NCBI GenBank assembly: GCA_016215335.1
Contig: JACRKE010000037.1
Coordinates: forward strand, 2,924 to 66,923
DNA: 64,000 nt
Reading direction: 5' to 3'
Origin: Candidatus Vogelbacteria bacterium
Lineage (GTDB): Bacteria; Patescibacteriota; Minisyncoccia; Phycocordibacterales; JACRKE01
A model generated the notes under the pieces. It was not told where the DNA came from, did not search any database, and worked only from the letters and a program-made list of their open reading frames with translations. The position numbers and the translations under genes are program-made. Positions 62,812 through 64,000 of the stretch are shown here, one piece after another (within the stretch, counting starts at the first letter, position 1; each line of letters starts with the position of its first letter).

Positions 62812-63453
62812 ATGAGAAACTTAGATTTTGTGGAGGGCGAATATTACCATATTTACAATCGGGGCACTGACAAAAGGTCGATTGTTGAGGATGCTTATGA
62901 TTCCAATCGTTTTGTTCAGTGCCTTAAGGAGTTGAATGTAAAGGACCCGATTGGTAGTATGTTTGAAAATTCATTTAGGAATAAAGACACATCATCAGAA
63001 CCGCTTGTTGATATCGTATGCTATTGTCTGAATCCTAATCACTACCATTTACTTCTTAGCCCTCACGTTGAAAATGGAATAGAAAAGTTCATGCATAGAC
63101 TCGGGACCGCACATACCAAATATTATAACAATAGACACAAGAGAAATGGAGTCTTGTTTCAGGGCAAGTTTAAGGCGGTATATGTAGCGGATAATGACTA
63201 TTTGCTACACGTTAGTTCGTATGTGAATATTAATGATAGGGTACACCAACTTGGAAGCTCGGCTTCCAAGTTGGTGAGATCGAGCTGGGATGAGTATGTT
63301 CTGAACAAGACTGGATTTTGTGTTAAGGATGTTGTTTTGGGTCAATTTAAAAATCCGAATGAGTACAAGAAGTTTGCGGAGGATTCCTTGAGTTCAATGT
63401 TAGACAGCAAGAAAGAACAACGGGAGCTGGATAATTTTGAGTTTGACGTATAG
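62812..63453 (+). mobile_element. REP-associated tyrosine transposase (RAYT, IS200/Y1 HUH family)
   Basis: YYHIYNRG, YCLNPNHYHLLL (HUH), YYNNRHKRNGVLFQGKFK, YVNIN; flanked by REPs. Confidence 0.9.
63244..63276. repeat. REP palindrome inside the RAYT coding sequence
   Basis: cacca-ACTTGGAAGC-TCG-GCTTCCAAGT-tggtg (HQLGSSASKLV). Confidence 0.85.
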
Positions 63454-63464
63454 GTAGCTTAACA

Positions 63465-63503
63465 ACCCATCTACTTGGAAGCTCGGCTTCCAAGTAGATG
63501 GGT
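63465..63503. repeat. REP palindrome downstream of RAYT
   Basis: acccatct-ACTTGGAAGC-TCG-GCTTCCAAGT-agatgggt. Confidence 0.85.
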
Positions 63504-63520
63504 ATAGGAGTTTTAACAAT

Positions 63521-63994
63521 ATGAATCACGAGCTTTGTTTGATACTGCATAACATTCGGAGCGTTTATAATGTTGGGGCGATTTTCCGTACCGCTGATGC
63601 TTGTGGTGTGGCTAAGATTTATCTAACTGGCTACACACCAACGCCACTTGATCGCTTTGGCTTGTCGCGAAAGGATCTACATAAAGCGGCGCTTGGAGCG
63701 GAAAAAAGTGTAGCTTGGGAGCAGATTAAATCACCAACCCGGCTTGTCCTCAGACTTAAGTCAGAAGGCTTAGAAATTCTTGCACTTGAGCAATCTCCTA
63801 AGTCTGTTGATTATAAAAATTCCGAATTAACCAAAAGCTCTGCATTGATTATAGGAAATGAGGTTAGGGGAGTCTCTGAATCTTTACTAGAGAAGTGCGA
63901 CAAAATTTTAGAAATCCCGATGCGGGGCAAGAAGGAGTCTTTGAACGTTTCTGTTGCTACTGGGATACTGTTGGCTCGTCTATTAAATCTGTAG
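63521..63994 (+). CDS. TrmH/SpoU family RNA methyltransferase
   Basis: LHNIRSVYNVGAIFRTAD, IIGNEVRGV, IPMRGKKESLNVSVA. Confidence 0.92.
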   Translation: MNHELCLILHNIRSVYNVGAIFRTADACGVAKIYLTGYTPTPLDRFGLSRKDLHKAALGAEKSVAWEQIKSPTRLVLRLKSEGLEILALEQSPKSVDYKNSELTKSSALIIGNEVRGVSESLLEKCDKILEIPMRGKKESLNVSVATGILLARLLNL

Positions 63995-64000
63995 TGCTAG

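Noticed and set aside
1-64000. Alternative genetic code 25 (TGA=Gly, Gracilibacteria/Absconditabacteria)
   Set aside because: Conserved genes are full length under code 11, and dnaA, comM and tsaE end at TGA at the expected positions

Overview
Chromosomal origin region of a small-genome bacterium. Gene content points strongly to Patescibacteria/CPR, Parcubacteria-like, and the code is standard table 11 (TGA is used as stop). Core genes: rpmH-rnpA-yidC / dnaA-oriC-dnaN, PBP1a, tyrS, ruvB-yebC-ruvC, pilB, tsaE-polA-holA, pcrA, rsmA, comM, tRNA-Lys, trmH. Left of oriC is a CPR-type minimal type IV secretion cluster (VirB6-like, PrgI/VirB3-like, VirB4, pilin-like) and, further left, a VirD4-like coupling ATPase. 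Beside that ATPase are three units, each a large charged or membrane-active protein followed by a small DUF5663-like helical protein. Two of these units share an identical promoter motif, so this is a candidate effector-chaperone or effector-immunity array. The window is also full of small repeats. About 17 heptamer-periodic elements (TRG-N4 left arms, CYA-N4 right arms) often start at TAG stop codons, end just before ATGs, flank a HEPN/MNT module, or sit in-frame inside housekeeping proteins. There is also a RAYT transposase with REP palindromes, a nested MITE with a target duplication, a promoter-driven structured ncRNA candidate (6S-like size) and an unannotated tandem zinc-finger microprotein. 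All family calls are from motif recognition by eye; no searches were run.
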